A stretch of DNA of 64,000 nucleotides, taken from Tetramitus jugosus. Its lineage: Eukaryota; Protista; Heterolobosea. The stretch covers positions 124,001 through 188,000 of the forward strand of contig OW569354.1 in the NCBI GenBank assembly GCA_937625935.1. The letters run 5' to 3'. A program made the translations under genes and the position numbers. Below the pieces are notes generated by a model. The model searched no databases. It had not been told where the DNA came from and was given only the letters and a program-made list of their open reading frames with translations. Positions 11,416 through 24,818 of the stretch are shown in pieces. The first letter of the stretch is position 1, and each line of letters opens with the position of its first letter.

Positions 11416-14101
11416 TCAGTGATCGTTTTGTGGTTGTTGGTCATGATTGGGTACGGATGGTTGTTGCTCTTCGCTGCTCTCATCACTTGCTATTGATGGT
11501 GATGCTGGTGCTGCAGTGATGATTGTTTCGGACTCTGCTCGCTCAGGTAGTTGTGCTTGTTCTGGTTGCTGTTGTTGTTTTGCTTCGTCTTCCACTTTTT
11601 CATCTGCTTGTCGTTCCTCTTTGTGTTGTTGCTGTTCCGTCTTCTGCTGTTGTAGCTTTTGATATTCTTCCTCTTCTCGTAACTTTTGCTGCTTTTGTTG
11701 TTCCTCGAGTGCTTCGATCAAGTCCAGAGCTTGATTGCACTGTTCTTCCAGGTGACTATAGTTTTGAGCCTGTAACAATGCATCCTCAATTCTCTGAATA
11801 TCTTGCGAGTGAACAGCTTCTTCGAGTATCTTGGAAGCTAGACTCTTGTTCTTCATAAAGGATTTCACATCTTGAGCAAGAGCTACGAGCTCGGTGTCCG
11901 AAGAATCTAGTATCTGATAGGAGAGTCGATACTTTTCTTCTTCTTCAATCATATGAACCAGTTCTTGTTCGTTTTGCTCAGAGTACGCCTTGCTCATTCG
12001 ATTCAATAGGTCATCCTTCTTGAATTTACCCCAGAGTTGACGAATGTCTTGAACATCCTCTGGAGTTAGCACATTCTCGTACTGAGATATAATCTCCTGC
12101 AGCTTCGAAAAATCAAGTGATGCTTTAGCATCGCCCAAGTTGGTCAAAATTGTTTCCATTGTAATCTTCTCTCGAAGTTTCTCCTTTGGTTCTGTGATGG
12201 AAGTTTGTTGTTGAGGCTCGAGCTTGAGGTTTTCTTCAACATGAGATGAATTCGGATTTAAATTTGTTTCTCCCTTGATGTTTTCATTCGAACTCTTCTC
12301 TTCCTTAACTTCTTCAGGGGTGGTTGTGTTTGTTGTTTGGTCCTCTGCCTGATTCAAATCTACTGTACTCTTACTCTCCTCCTTGATTGGAGCATTCTTA
12401 GTTTTGTTGAATCGAACAATGAACATATGAATGACCTTATAAATTGTTAGGGCAGATGATTTTGTTTCTTGGAAGATATCAACAGTCATATTTTTCGTCA
12501 ATCGCATGTGAATCCTATACTCCTTCTCATCATCCATCAATAACGAGGTTTTATGGACTCTACTGAATGGGAGTTCATACAACAGATCATAATTTCGATT
12601 ATTTCTGAATTCTAATGATTTCTGAGTGATACTAAGGTCGATAGTCGTTCTCGTGTCAAGAGCTCCCTGGATAATAACAGTCAACCCTGACACTTCCAAG
12701 CATTTAAACATAGAAATATCCTCAGAGGAGAGATGGGAATCTTGAATCTTTTTCATTTTCTTCCTCTCTTCCTTCACTTCCTCTCTCCGTTTAGTTACTT
12801 CCGCCCTCAATAGCTTAATCTCCTTATTGTACTGCAGTAACATATGAGCTTGGGACGAATTGTCAGTTGAATTGAGGGTTATTAATTGAGGTTCTTTCTT
12901 CTCAGGGGTTTCCGGACGATTTTTTTCTTCTTCTTCAAGCGTTTCATTTGGGAGAAGTATCGTACTGTTTCTATCCTTTGGGTCGAACTTCTCCACATTG
13001 ATTGGGGCCAGAACACTCTGAAGAGAATCAGATAGAAGTTCCTGGTATGGAGCTAGAGATTGAATGAACGACTTATCATCTAAATCGTATTGTTGAATCT
13101 GTTCTATAATAGATGTGTATTCTTCGGATGATCGAGGCTTTAAATCGAGTAACCAGCCTGCTCTGATTGCTTCCACAACCAATGGATTATTTGAAATATA
13201 TTGTTTCACGAACTCTCTTTCCTTGTAGGTCACTGTTTGATCATCAATTTTTTTAATAGATGTCCCTGCTGCGATTAGACACATTAATCGATAGTAAGGA
13301 TGTTTGGTGATTGGATTTCCTTCGAGTAAGATATGTTGAAGCTTTGGTTGATTCTCAAGACCAAAGAATGAGCAAATACAATTGTTACCAACATGAAGCA
13401 TTTCCAATTCTGGTTGAGAGTTGAGGTATTTGAAGGAAAGAAGGTAGTTGTTTTGGATATAGAGTAGTTTCAATTCGCCTCTAACACCCATGCCGAGGAA
13501 GCTTGTTATTCGATAGTTTGGCGCAGAGATTGTCTATTGACCGAGGAGTTATATAACGCCATACAAAGTTTTCCGTAAAACAAACTTAAAAAGAAACTAC
13601 ATACATCAAATCCCATGACAACTGACACTTCCCCGATAGTTTTAGGTTGAATGTTGGTTTGGATTCTCTCCCGTTTGGGAGTGCTTCGTCTGAGTACGGG
13701 GGATGGTGGTCGTTGATACATTGGTTGGGGTGTGGATAGAACAACAGATGATGGTGTAAATGTTCCAAAGCTGCTTCTTTCTCGCTCTGAGAAAAGTTGT
13801 GTTGAAAAAATGGTCAACCATCATTAATCTTCTGTGGTAAAAGAATAGAGTACATACTCTTGTCAATTGTTGGTGAAGCATATCTCTGATCATACGAGGC
13901 TGTAGATTTCATGTAATTTGGCTGAATTTGACTTGGTAATTCAGCAGTTACTAAAGACCTAACATTTTGAGCACTGGCGGACCTTTTGACAGGTAAAGAA
14001 CCTGTTGATCTTCTGTTAAAGTTTAAATTTGTTTCACCTCCAAGTTGAGGTCGTATTGGTCTCTTGTGCGAAAGAGAGTCCTGTGAGAAGGTGCTAGACA
14101 T
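11416..14101 (-). CDS. LRR protein (SDS22-type) with coiled coils and a possible PH-like segment; 3 exons (introns 13787-13857, 13534-13604)
   Basis: LRRs LKLLYIQNNYL, LEMLHVGNNCI, LQHILLEGNPI and LRR cap YRLMC..IKKIDD. Three ORFs join in frame via GTATGT..AG introns. Confidence 0.75.
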
Positions 14102-14181
14102 TTTACTTGGTAATGATTTCTTTCTGCCAGTTTACGGTAAAAAAGAAAGGGCGCCATTGGCGTAACTCCGATGCAGGAGAT

Positions 14182-15480
14182 TTACACTGGTCTCATGAGT
14201 AAGCTGGAATATATTTCGGGGTCGTGAGGGTCCTTCTTAATGGTATATTTCAACACTGCTTCTCTGGTTGATGGTGTTTTATCCATGAAGATATGCTTGT
14301 CTGCTTTTGACTGCAGCTTCCACATTGCTGATTCCTGTACCAGCTCCTTACCAATAGATGCAACGAATTGATAAGGAGGGCCTCTACCTCCAGAGACCTC
14401 AATGCGCATATTGATCATAACAAAGTAGGTATCATTCTGTGATTCTTGAACGCAGTAGAAGATTCTTGATATCCCCATATTTTCAACAATGGCAGATTTT
14501 TCTCTATACATTGCACGGACTCCCTTTGCATCCACAACATTCACCACCAATTCTGCTCGTTTTACAAACTGTTCCCTTGTCAGTCTCAAACCGAGAAAAT
14601 AATTGTTTCGATTGGGCGAACCATTCTTCTTGTAACCCGGATTGCCAGTTCGAATTACAGCTCCCTTCACCACCTTCTGCAAATCAGCTAAACAAAAGAA
14701 CTTGACATCTTTGCTGCCTCCGGTGATACCCATGGCTTCCGATTCCTCTTTTGTTGGCTTGATCTTGGCAGGGAACAACACCATATTCGCACCTGTTTCC
14801 ATCATCTCATGGATCACATGATCGTGCTCCTTGGTTGATAAAATGACCTCATCTAGTCTAGGTATTTTGCTTACGGTAGGACCATCTCGCAAATCTTTCT
14901 CCATTTCGCTTCTCGATCTCTTTGTTTTGCCTCCTACATGAGTACCTTGCTGCTGGCTCTTGCTGGCTGAGACCTTCTCAGGCATATTTTGATTTCCACT
15001 CAGGGACTGAAACATAGGGGAATACATTGACTGAGGATTACAGGCATGCAGATTCCCGAATGGATTGAACATCCATGGATAGAATACATAAGAGTTCGGA
15101 TCATTCATCATCAGAATAGGATGGAAATAAACTGGCCCTCCATTGATGTGGAGCCCATTGCTTTCTGCCGTGTGATTCGTGCTCACAACTTGGTGTTGAT
15201 CTGGCGTGAGAGATGTTTGTTCGAGAACCAGTTGTGACTCCTCTGGCAACTGCTGCTGTTGTTGTTGTTGCTGTGGCAGTTCCTCTTGTTGCAATGGAAC
15301 ATCTTTAGCATCTTGAATATGATAGTCTGAATTTTCACCAGTATTGACAGTTCCCTCTTCCACGTCTGACAAGTCGAGCAAGAAGTTGTAGTCTTGAAAG
15401 ATGTGGCTTGAAAGCCACCCAGATTCCTCAGACTCCTTATCAAAGTCCCACTTTGAGATTGCATCTTGGTCGTTTGTCAT
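14182..15480 (-). CDS. Hypothetical protein; acidic/Q-rich N-terminus, basic NLS-like patch, globular C-terminal domain
   Basis: 432-aa intact ORF; no family recognised. Confidence 0.7.
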   Translation of the reverse strand: MTNDQDAISKWDFDKESEESGWLSSHIFQDYNFLLDLSDVEEGTVNTGENSDYHIQDAKDVPLQQEELPQQQQQQQQLPEESQLVLEQTSLTPDQHQVVSTNHTAESNGLHINGGPVYFHPILMMNDPNSYVFYPWMFNPFGNLHACNPQSMYSPMFQSLSGNQNMPEKVSASKSQQQGTHVGGKTKRSRSEMEKDLRDGPTVSKIPRLDEVILSTKEHDHVIHEMMETGANMVLFPAKIKPTKEESEAMGITGGSKDVKFFCLADLQKVVKGAVIRTGNPGYKKNGSPNRNNYFLGLRLTREQFVKRAELVVNVVDAKGVRAMYREKSAIVENMGISRIFYCVQESQNDTYFVMINMRIEVSGGRGPPYQFVASIGKELVQESAMWKLQSKADKHIFMDKTPSTREAVLKYTIKKDPHDPEIYSSLLMRPV

Positions 15481-15790
15481 TTTGGTATTATCTTGTGTGA
15501 CTCGGCTAGCTATGTAAAGTGCTCGTTATGTGTTTTTGTTGAGTCCTGCATCTGAAAAAAATCAGACGCTTTTCAAGGCGAGAGTGCAGGAGGTAAGGGG
15601 TGTGCGTGAAAATAAAATGTTGAATGACAGGTGGTACCTGCAGTCTCGATATGGGATCAGCGGAAACAACTCTGAAATTTCTGCAGAGACGTCCCAGCGA
15701 TCGTTTACAGGAGAACGGATCAAAGTGATGCTCCATGCAGTGGAAAGAAAACCACATCCATGTTTATATTTTGATTGGAGAAGAATACTC

Positions 15791-16903
15791 CTACACTGGG
15801 ACGTCCGAGTCTTCTCTGTGTGTTGATCTCCAGGTGACGTACACTTCATCAGTCCTGAATCTTTGTGTGATTGTGGCCTCATTCAGTGGTGTTGCAAAAC
15901 CATCCTGGAATTGCAAAATTCCGGCATAGGCAATCATGCATCCATTGTCAATACAATATCTATCATCCATAGCATGGAGCAATCCATTTCTATCTTCCAG
16001 CATTTGCTTCATCATCTCCTGTAATCGAATATTACAACCAACACCACCAACAATCAGTACTTCATTGATACCGCAATGAGCCATGGCTCTCTCCGTAATC
16101 TCCACCAGCATAGCAAACAGAGTCTCTTGCAGTGAGTAACACAAGTCAGCAGCAGTGCACTCATTGTTCTTAAGCATTGGTATTCCAAATTGCTCCACAA
16201 AACTTAAAATACCTGAAAAACTAACATCCATTCCCTTGACAACATATGGTATATCAACCAACTTTGTTCCCTGTTTTGCCAATTGTTCAATATTGTATCC
16301 AGGGCTCGGATCATTAGACAAATTAATCAATCTCGCAAATCGATCCAAACAATTACCAATTGCAATATCAATCGTCTCTCCAAAAATACGGTATCGATTC
16401 ATTGAATATGCAATGACTTGCGTGTTTCCACCACTCACATACAACACGATAGGATCCTCTGCCTTGCACACCACTCTACCCATCTCAATATGACCAATGC
16501 AATGATTGACACCAACAAGTGGAACGTTCCACAATTGAGAGATCACTCTCGCAACAACAGCAACACTATTCAAAGGTGCTCCCATGCCAGGTCCCTTCGT
16601 ATAACAAATGACATCAATCTGTGTTGGATCCGTCAATCCAGCCTCCAATATCGCATTCCTTGTCATTTCGTGAATATGTTCTTGATGATGAATGGCTGTT
16701 TCTCTTGGTAGGAATCCAGTTCCAGGTGGAGTAATGTACGTGTGACGCAAATTGCTGAGAATGGTGCCATCACTGGTGACGACACCAATGGCCAACTTGT
16801 TTGCTGATCCTTCCATGCCCAGTGCCACAAAGTATTTTCCATTCTTGGGTTGTGGCTTTGATTGTTTTTGGTTGTTGTGTTTGGAGAATGAAGTCGTGCT
16901 CAT
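15791..16903 (-). CDS. KAE1: tRNA N6-threonylcarbamoyltransferase (KEOPS Kae1/OSGEP)
   Basis: [66 protein letters not shown]. Confidence 0.97.
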   Translation of the reverse strand: MSTTSFSKHNNQKQSKPQPKNGKYFVALGMEGSANKLAIGVVTSDGTILSNLRHTYITPPGTGFLPRETAIHHQEHIHEMTRNAILEAGLTDPTQIDVICYTKGPGMGAPLNSVAVVARVISQLWNVPLVGVNHCIGHIEMGRVVCKAEDPIVLYVSGGNTQVIAYSMNRYRIFGETIDIAIGNCLDRFARLINLSNDPSPGYNIEQLAKQGTKLVDIPYVVKGMDVSFSGILSFVEQFGIPMLKNNECTAADLCYSLQETLFAMLVEITERAMAHCGINEVLIVGGVGCNIRLQEMMKQMLEDRNGLLHAMDDRYCIDNGCMIAYAGILQFQDGFATPLNEATITQRFRTDEVYVTWRSTHREDSDVPV

Positions 16904-17002
16904 TTGTTGTTTCAGTTTTTAAATGTTTTTTTGATGAAGTGTCTGAAGCTTGATTTTTTTGTTGTGTGAAGCTTCTTTCTGAACTTATGAAGGCAATGGT
17001 GT

Positions 17003-17748
17003 TTACTGTTGGGGACATTGAACATCTCCATCTCTGGGTTGCTTTTCGCTGGCCATCAGTTTCAACTCACGGGACTTGGCAATTTCTTTCCGTTTGATTA
17101 TCGAGGGTTTGGCGTAACTTATCACCAATGTATTGTTTGCGTGAGCCCACTGTAGCTCTTCTCTGTCGAGATTGAGACCTTCTCTCTTCATATCAGGGAT
17201 ATCAAATCTCTTGTAGAACTTTTTGTTGCGTGTCTGGATGACAATTTCTTGGGTGGAATCGTCTATTGATACAAGGAAATTGTCTTTTGGATAAGGCAAG
17301 TTTCGTACTCTGAACTGGAATGCATTCTCAGAGTCTTTTCTTGAGAACATTGGCTAAAATTCATGAAATCAGTATTCTATGTCGGCACTAGTGAATTCTT
17401 TCTTCCTATACTTACATTCTTGGAAGAGACTGCGAGGTTATCTCTCATGGGGTTAAAAGGCTTAAACACTTCACCGCCCAGCTCGAAGACCCATTCCCCC
17501 TCACCACCGAGTTGAGATGGTTTTCTGTTTTTTCTTATCAATAATTCATTCGTTTTCAAATCATATTCCTCAACCATCTCAGAACCGTCCTTGTATGTCG
17601 TGTGAAATTTTCGTCTACTTCCACTGATGATTGAGGTTGTGTAAGGGTAAGTTGTGCCATCGTGATCATCTTTCGAGTTCTCTACATTTCGACCTTTTGA
17701 TATTTGATTCCCCTGTTGGGTCAAATTTGACAAAGCTTTATAGTTCAT
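17003..17748 (-). CDS. DPCD: DPCD protein; 2 exons (intron 17354-17415)
   Basis: RKFHTTYKDGSEMVEEYD, GEWVFELG, spliced KN|PMFSRKD, FQFRVRNLPYP, KKFYKRFDIPDM, NNTLVISYAKP. Confidence 0.85.
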
Positions 17749-17889
17749 TTTGCTTTTCTGTCGAGTTCTTCGTAGATGGAGCTCCAATTCTGCGTCGTCT
17801 TCCGTCGTCCAACAAAAAAACACCGCTGGTTGTAAAATTACACCGAAATCAAACAAAAAAAAACAGGTTCTTTCTTCGCGGTATGAACA

Positions 17890-20800
17890 ATGACACAGTC
17901 ATCTTCCGTACCCAACACCAACAACACTGCTGTTGATCAACAACAGCAGCCTTCTACTGCACGATATCAACTTCCTCCCTATCCCTTCCACAATCATGCA
18001 AACGAACAACCACAAACCATCACATGGGCTCAAAACAACAACTCCAATGCTGTTGTCTCTGATCCCAACAGCAATAATAGCTCTGGCAACAACAACACGA
18101 ATAACACGAATACGAATACTGCCAACAATGTCCTTCAACAAATGCTACAAGACATTCAACACATTCCACAATTACCAGTCTTTTTTCAAGACAAGAAGCA
18201 TGAGCACATGAATTGCGAGATGCCAAGGAATCAATTAGTCGATTGGCGCATGAGTCAAAAATTAAAAACGGTGCATGTTGCCCTAGTCATGTGTCTCAAC
18301 ATTGGAGTCGATCCACCTGATGTCATTCGTGTTCATCCATGTGCCAAACTAGAAGCATGGACAGATCCATTTACGTTGCCACATCAGAGAGCGTTAGAGA
18401 CGATTGGTGCAGCACTAAAGAGTCAATATGAGCGATGGCAACCGAGAGCTCGGTACAAGCAATGCTTGGATCCAACTGTTGAAGAAGTGAAAAAGACTTG
18501 TATCAATTTGAGAAGAAGTGCAAAAAAAGAACGTGTTCTGTTTCATTACAATGGTCACGGTGTACCAAAACCGAGCAACAATGGTGAAATTTGGGTGTTT
18601 AATAAGACGTTTACTCAGTACATTCCATTGTCTCTGTACGATTTATCATCCTGGATGGAATCACCATCCATTTATGTGTTTGATTGCTCATCGGCCGGAA
18701 CCGTGCTAGATACATTCCTACAAGTGTTCAAACAAAAAGAGGTAGGTGTGGAATGTCGATTGATTCAAATGATTTGTATTGATTTTTTTTGTTTTGCTCA
18801 TCAAGTTATTTCTCATCCATATTTCTCTCCATTCCTTGTCCTATAGACTCGAGGATCAAAATCAAAGGAAAACATTATATTGGCTGCATGTGGCGTAAAC
18901 GAAACTCTTCCAATGAATCCAAACTTTCCCGCTGATTTGTTCACAGCATGTCTCACTACACCAATCAAGGTTGCTCTCAAGTGGTTCTGTGAAAACAATC
19001 GATTGTTGAACAATATTACCATGGATATGATTGATAATATTCCGGGACAGATTAACGATAGGAGAACGCCTCTCGGTGAATTGAATTGGATATTTACTGC
19101 AGTGACCGACACGATCGCGTGGAGTATGTTACCACGTGACTTGTTCCATAAATTATTTAGACAGGACTTATTGGTGGCGAGCTTGTTTAGAAACTTTTTG
19201 CTTGCCGATAGAATCATGAGAACTGTTAACTGTACTCCTGTTACATACCCTAAGTTACCAGCGACTCATAATCATGAAATGTGGGCTGCATGGGATCTCG
19301 CACTAGACATGTGTATTTCACAGCTACCGAAATTGAATCAAGGTGGAGATCAAGAATATGAATATAGTTCATTCTTTGCCTCTCAATTAACCGATTTTCA
19401 AGTTTGGTTAGATTTTGGACATCAAAACAAGCAGCCACCAAAGCAACTACCGATTCTGTTGCAGGTTTTACTGAGTCAAGCGCATCGTTTAAGAGCTCTT
19501 TCATTGCTGGGCAGATTTTTAGATATGGGTCCATGGGCTGTGAATCTAGCTCTGAGTGTTGGAATCTTCCCCTATGTTTTAAAGCTGCTACAGAGTAATT
19601 CACCTGAACTGAAACAAATCCTTGTATTTATATGGGCGAAAATTTTAACTTTGGATCAATCTTGTCAAGTTGATCTTGTGAAAGAGAATGGACATATTTA
19701 TTTTATTAACATTATCGCAAATAAGGCACACGACGCTAAACTAAAAGCGATGGCATGCTTTGTACTATCAGTTATTGCAAACAAGTTCTCTCCTGGTCAA
19801 AGTGCTTGCTTGCAGAGTTTAAATGTATTGAATACATGTGTTGGTCAACTGACAGAGAAGAACTCTCATCTCAGACAGTGGCTCTGTCTACTTATTGGAA
19901 AACTGATTGAAAACTTCCCTGATGCACAAGCTCAGGCATTCAACTTAGGTATTCACGAGAAAGTATCCAAGTTACTAACGGATAGAGTGCCTGAAGTACG
20001 AGCAGCCGCTGTATTCTGTCTGCAATCATTCATTAGGTTCGATGCTCACGACAACCAAGAAAAAATAGATCTAGATACATTGAGCGAAGAGCGAATTTTA
20101 AAAGAAATGCAAGTTGGTGGAGGATTGTATCAAGCGATGCTTGATGGTAGTCCTCTTGTGCGAAGAGAACTAGTCTATGCTCTAGCAACGTTTATCGATC
20201 GTTATGCTGAGTATATACCACCAGATTTGCTGCGAACAATCATCGAAGAACATACAGCATCGTCTTTGTCTCCTTGTTCTCCCGACAGACAGAGTGATAA
20301 TTCCTTTGCTTTCCTGACTGCACCTCTAAAGAAGTCCAAATCCAAGAAGAAGCAGAAGAAAAATAGTCAGTCGGTCAGTCCCTCCACATCTCCACACATG
20401 TCAAGAAGCGAGCACATCACTGGACACGTGGATGTCTCTGCTCCAAAGGACATGAAGGATAGAGACCTTGGCAAACGAAGTTACTTTGCACTCGATGTGT
20501 GCAGAGTTATTCTCATGCTCTGTTCCGATCCTCTTCCTTATGTATCGACCCCTGCCAATCTGGTTTTGCGATACATGAAAAAGAATTTCCTAAGGCATTC
20601 ATCTGATGACGGTGAGAGAGGTTCATCAAGATCCTCTCGCACTCTTGCCACATCTCCTCCCACTCAACGATCCAAATCTCCTCTATCCAGACAGGTCATA
20701 TCTCCAAAGCCCAATCGACTTTCAGCTCGTTTCCTCATGATTCGAAAGAGCGCCTCAGAGGCTGATATCAGCAAAGTGTCTCAGTCCCAACCACAGGCTC

Positions 20801-22362
20801 AAGCAACAGATACGGAGGAAAGTCTTCATCTCCCAGTGACTCAGTATTATGAGTGGTGCAGCGAATACTTTACCACACCTCTTCTTGCTGAGAATCAAAT
20901 TGAGAAGGAAGTTCCTGTTCAGAAGCCAAATGATACAACAAATGCAAACTTTGGTGCTGTAACCAAGAAGGCCCTTTTGAGAAAACGAAGACAAGATCAT
21001 TTAATCTATGAACGACAAATGCTAGTCAAGAATGTCACACATCCATCAGTCGCTCGACGCAAGTTGGAAGATCAAATTGGTTTCTTCGGTAACCAAACTG
21101 ATATTGTCTCTCAAATGAAGTTCCACTCGACTGAACCATGGTTGGTTGTGTCAGATCATAGAGATGGTATCATACTCTGGGATTGGACAAAGGGAGAGAA
21201 AGTCAGTTCATGGAACGTGGCCTCAACTCTGAAAGCTCAACCCCACCACATTCTCCACCACACCCAATCAGCATTCATCGGCACGACAAGCAACACCAGT
21301 TTGAGTGATGAAGATAGCCTTGAGGATCAACCACTATACCTGAGCAATGAACTTCTGGACTCCACATTAACTGATATGAGGATCACAGACATGCAATTCG
21401 TGAATGAACAAACTGCTGATGAAAGATCTCTCCTGTTGGTTGCTACATCCAGAGGTAACGTTTGTTTGTACTCCAACTATCATCGAAGAAGACCTCCACG
21501 TATGATCACAGCACTCAAAGCCGCACCTGAAGTTATCTCAAGAGATCACGGACCAGGAGTATTAACAACATGGCAACAACGAACAGGTACATTGATCGTG
21601 GGTGGTGATCTCGAATATATCAAGATATGGGACATGACGAGAGAATGGTGCGTCCAAAGCTTGCCATTATATTCTCCAAATGAAACAGACAATATGAACG
21701 GAGGAGCTTGTGTCACTAGCTTAACGACAGATCAGAGCCACAACAATGAACAAGTGTTTGTGGCTGGTTTGAGCGATGGTAGTCTGTTCGTTTTCGATAA
21801 GCGTGTGTCTGGATCTGGGTCAGCCAAGTTTGGCCGCGTTGCTAAGCTGAAAGAAAAGGGTGATGATGACTGGATTGTCAATGTTCAGATGCAAAAGACG
21901 AGTTCAACACAAATCATTTCTGGAAGTTCTGGCGGCATTGTCAAGATTTGGGACATGCGTATTGATTCAAGTGTGAAGACATTTAACGTGAATGATTCTT
22001 CTGGAACGAGCATAGCAGCCGACACATTGCTCAATATTGATGAGAATTTGTTGTCTGGAGGTATCGGAGGTGCGACAAGCTATGCGGCATCTTCGAGTCG
22101 AAAGGCCAATCAGAGATCATGCATGACAGCACTCGCGGTGCATGACTATGCACCAATCATTGCCTGTGGTAGCAACAATCAGTTTATCAAGGTACTAAAC
22201 ACATCCGGAGAAACACTGTCCATGATCTATTACCATGATGGATTTTTGGGTCAAAGAATAGGTCCTGTCTCCTCACTGGCTTTCCATCCGTATCGTCCAT
22301 ACCTTGCAGCTGGCAGCACAGATGCCATCATCAGTGTTTATGGACCTCCGCCACTCCATTAA
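17890..22362 (+). CDS. RPTOR: Raptor/KOG1 (TORC1 subunit); 2 exons (intron 18742-18846)
   Basis: RNC domain [40 protein letters not shown] repeats, WD40 ending [19 protein letters not shown]. Confidence 0.97.
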
Positions 22363-22551
22363 AGATAATATTATACAACACAGTCGCATTGCTGCAATGA
22401 ATGATACACACACTACCATTTCACAAAACACATCCTGTTGCAAAAACTGGATAATTTTACCAAAAAAGATTCCTGCTTGCACTTGTCTGTACAAAATAAC
22501 GATAATCGTGTTTTAATCGCTACAATCCCATCCTTCGGCTCTTCATTCCAT

Positions 22552-23434
22552 TTAAGCTTGAGCTGTTTCAGTTGAAGCAGTTCCAGATCTTGTCTTGGCA
22601 AAAGACTTTGCCCTGTGAGTACAGTACCAAACAAACGAATAGTGTCAACATCATACCATTAAATCACACCACACATAAACTACAAAAAAAGAGCATCAAT
22701 CAATGATGATACTTACAATCCTCTGAGACCTGGTTGAACACCATAGACAGAGACATCTTCTCCTCTTGCTTCAGCTTCCTTCTTCAGGAGCTCTTGACGG
22801 AATTCTTCCTGGTATTGTGCAATCATCTTTTGTTCATGTTCAACCTTGTTCTTGGCAGCAACGTACAGACCTTGTTGCTTATCAAGTCCATAGAAATAAC
22901 CAGATAGAAGGGCGGTACCAAGAACGACCTATAACATCCAATAAAACAACAACAACAACAAGAAAAAATGATTAGTTTTTTTGATATAGTTCAAGAATCA
23001 AAAAATGCATGGTGAAAAAGGGTGACGATGAGTGATGATGGTCAATGGTAAATGATCAATGGCAGTGTTGAATGAAGCTAATGTTTCTCGTTCGTTGTTG
23101 ATTTCGTTTTTGACTCGTTGTTCCACATATGCTTCCAAAAAATGATTGAAAATCGTAAATTGTTTGTTCATGACTATGATTCATTGTCTTCCTCAAAAAA
23201 GTATCACAAAAGATTTCGAGATGATGTCAAATGTGCTTGCTTTTTTGTTTGAGAATCCAATATTAGTAGGAAAACTTCATCCCTATTGATCATCATTTTT
23301 TCACTACCATCATCAATACTACATCATCGTCACAGCCTCAATCGCATGCATCAGTCATTTCATCCAAAAAGCTCCAAAAAATATGATGATGTGACACATA
23401 CGGAACGCCAAACAGGCTTGCGTGCGGAAGACAT
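22552..23434 (-). CDS. ~103-aa single-TM protein resembling mitochondrial ATP synthase subunit e; coding introns 22929-23401 and 22613-22716, probable 5'UTR intron 23452-23539
   Basis: Spliced MSSARKPVWRS|VVLGTALLSGYFYGLDKQQGLYVAAKNKVEHEQKMIAQYQEEFRQELLKKEAEARG...GL|AKSFAKTRSGTASTETAQA*. GxxxG in the TM helix followed by a coiled coil; canonical splice sites. Confidence 0.7.
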
Positions 23435-23660
23435 TATTGTAATAGTTTAGACTGTGATTATTATCGTGGGAAAATTGTTGGTTAGCACAAAAACCGGATG
23501 ATTGAAAGAGCGGCATTACGCGCAACAAGAATGACATACCTTGCTGTTGTGTTGTTTGTGAGATTTTTGGTTGACTAAGATTGTAACAACATTGAACCTT
23601 GCAGTGTAGTTTATCCGACATGGAGAAAAAGAAAAAAAATGAGCCAAATACACTCTGAGT

Positions 23661-24818
23661 TTATTCATCATCGCTCATTTCTTCGTCGCTGTCTGCTGCT
23701 GATGGATGATCAGTGGACACAGTTTCAAAGCTTCCCCTTACAACTTCTTCCTCATCATCGTCCTCGCCTTCGGTTCCTGCCTTGGACAATTTCTTCTCCC
23801 AAGCATCCTTGACTTGTTGGTTCACATCCTTCTTCTTCTTTTGTTGTTCCTTCATATCTCTCTTCTTCAACACATTTTGTTCTTGGTCCTTCTTCCGTTG
23901 GTCCTTGAGAGCTCTCTTTTCTGCCTTCTTGAGTCTCAATTCTTCGATTTGCTTTGGCGTCAGTGTGCTGTCCTTGTTGAAAATCATTTCACCATCCATG
24001 ACACCTTCGGTCACCATTCTGAGACTCATGGTCAAACGAGGACCCAATTCCTTCAAACTGACCTTCTCCTTCTTCTTTCCTGACTCTTCATCAGCTTCCT
24101 CCTTCATATTGATCGAGTAGTGTCTCAAGTGAACACACTCTTCCTCTGGGTCATAATTGAACATGACAACTCTCTTTGTCTCATTCAAATTGAATTTTCT
24201 GACATCTACTGCGGGAAACATATTTTGGAAGGTGACAGCCATGAGCTTCACAGTCGCCGAAGTCTTATCATCACCTCCGACATTGAAATTATTGAGAACG
24301 ACGAGTGGAGAGGTCTTTGTGGAGAATGTGCTCTGGAATTTGACGTCTTGTCCCTCGAAAAACTCCATCAGATCCTTACTCGTACAGAATGATGAGACAT
24401 TAAAGTGAAGCGTTGGACCGTGAGGCAATCTAGCAATAATAAGGGCACATCCACCAATGGATGCCTTGACGGTAACAGTGTGCGTAATCACCAATCCCTT
24501 GCATGTCTCTTTTATCGATTTCCAGTTGGTGGTCGGATGAGTCTCAAATTTCATGGCAGTATAAGGCATCATGATTCTTCTTAGATCGACAATGAGGTGC
24601 TCAACGTCTTTCGGCAGCACTTGTCCTCTACCAATGATCAATGATCTTGGTACGCTCTGAATTTCGGCCTCAAATGCTTCTTTTTGTGCCCTTTTTTTCT
24701 GTTTGAGCTCTTGCACCTTCTTTTTCATGTCAATCGTCTTTTTGTTGTTACGAGTAGGATTCAACTTTTTGTGAATCTTTCTCTTGAAAGCTGGTTGTAG
24801 TGGTAGCTTGTTCTTCAT
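23661..24818 (-). CDS. PPAN: Brix-domain ribosome biogenesis protein Ssf1/Peter Pan
   Basis: DLRRIMMPYTA, ARLPHGPTLHF, FQNMFPAV, LRHYSI, LKELGPRLTM. Confidence 0.9.
   Translation of the reverse strand: MKNKLPLQPAFKRKIHKKLNPTRNNKKTIDMKKKVQELKQKKRAQKEAFEAEIQSVPRSLIIGRGQVLPKDVEHLIVDLRRIMMPYTAMKFETHPTTNWKSIKETCKGLVITHTVTVKASIGGCALIIARLPHGPTLHFNVSSFCTSKDLMEFFEGQDVKFQSTFSTKTSPLVVLNNFNVGGDDKTSATVKLMAVTFQNMFPAVDVRKFNLNETKRVVMFNYDPEEECVHLRHYSINMKEEADEESGKKKEKVSLKELGPRLTMSLRMVTEGVMDGEMIFNKDSTLTPKQIEELRLKKAEKRALKDQRKKDQEQNVLKKRDMKEQQKKKKDVNQQVKDAWEKKLSKAGTEGEDDDEEEVVRGSFETVSTDHPSAADSDEEMSDDE

Noticed and set aside
23100-23400. Intronic C/D snoRNA (several TGATGA)
   Set aside because: No suitably placed downstream CTGA D box, and the motifs fall in ATG-rich sequence.
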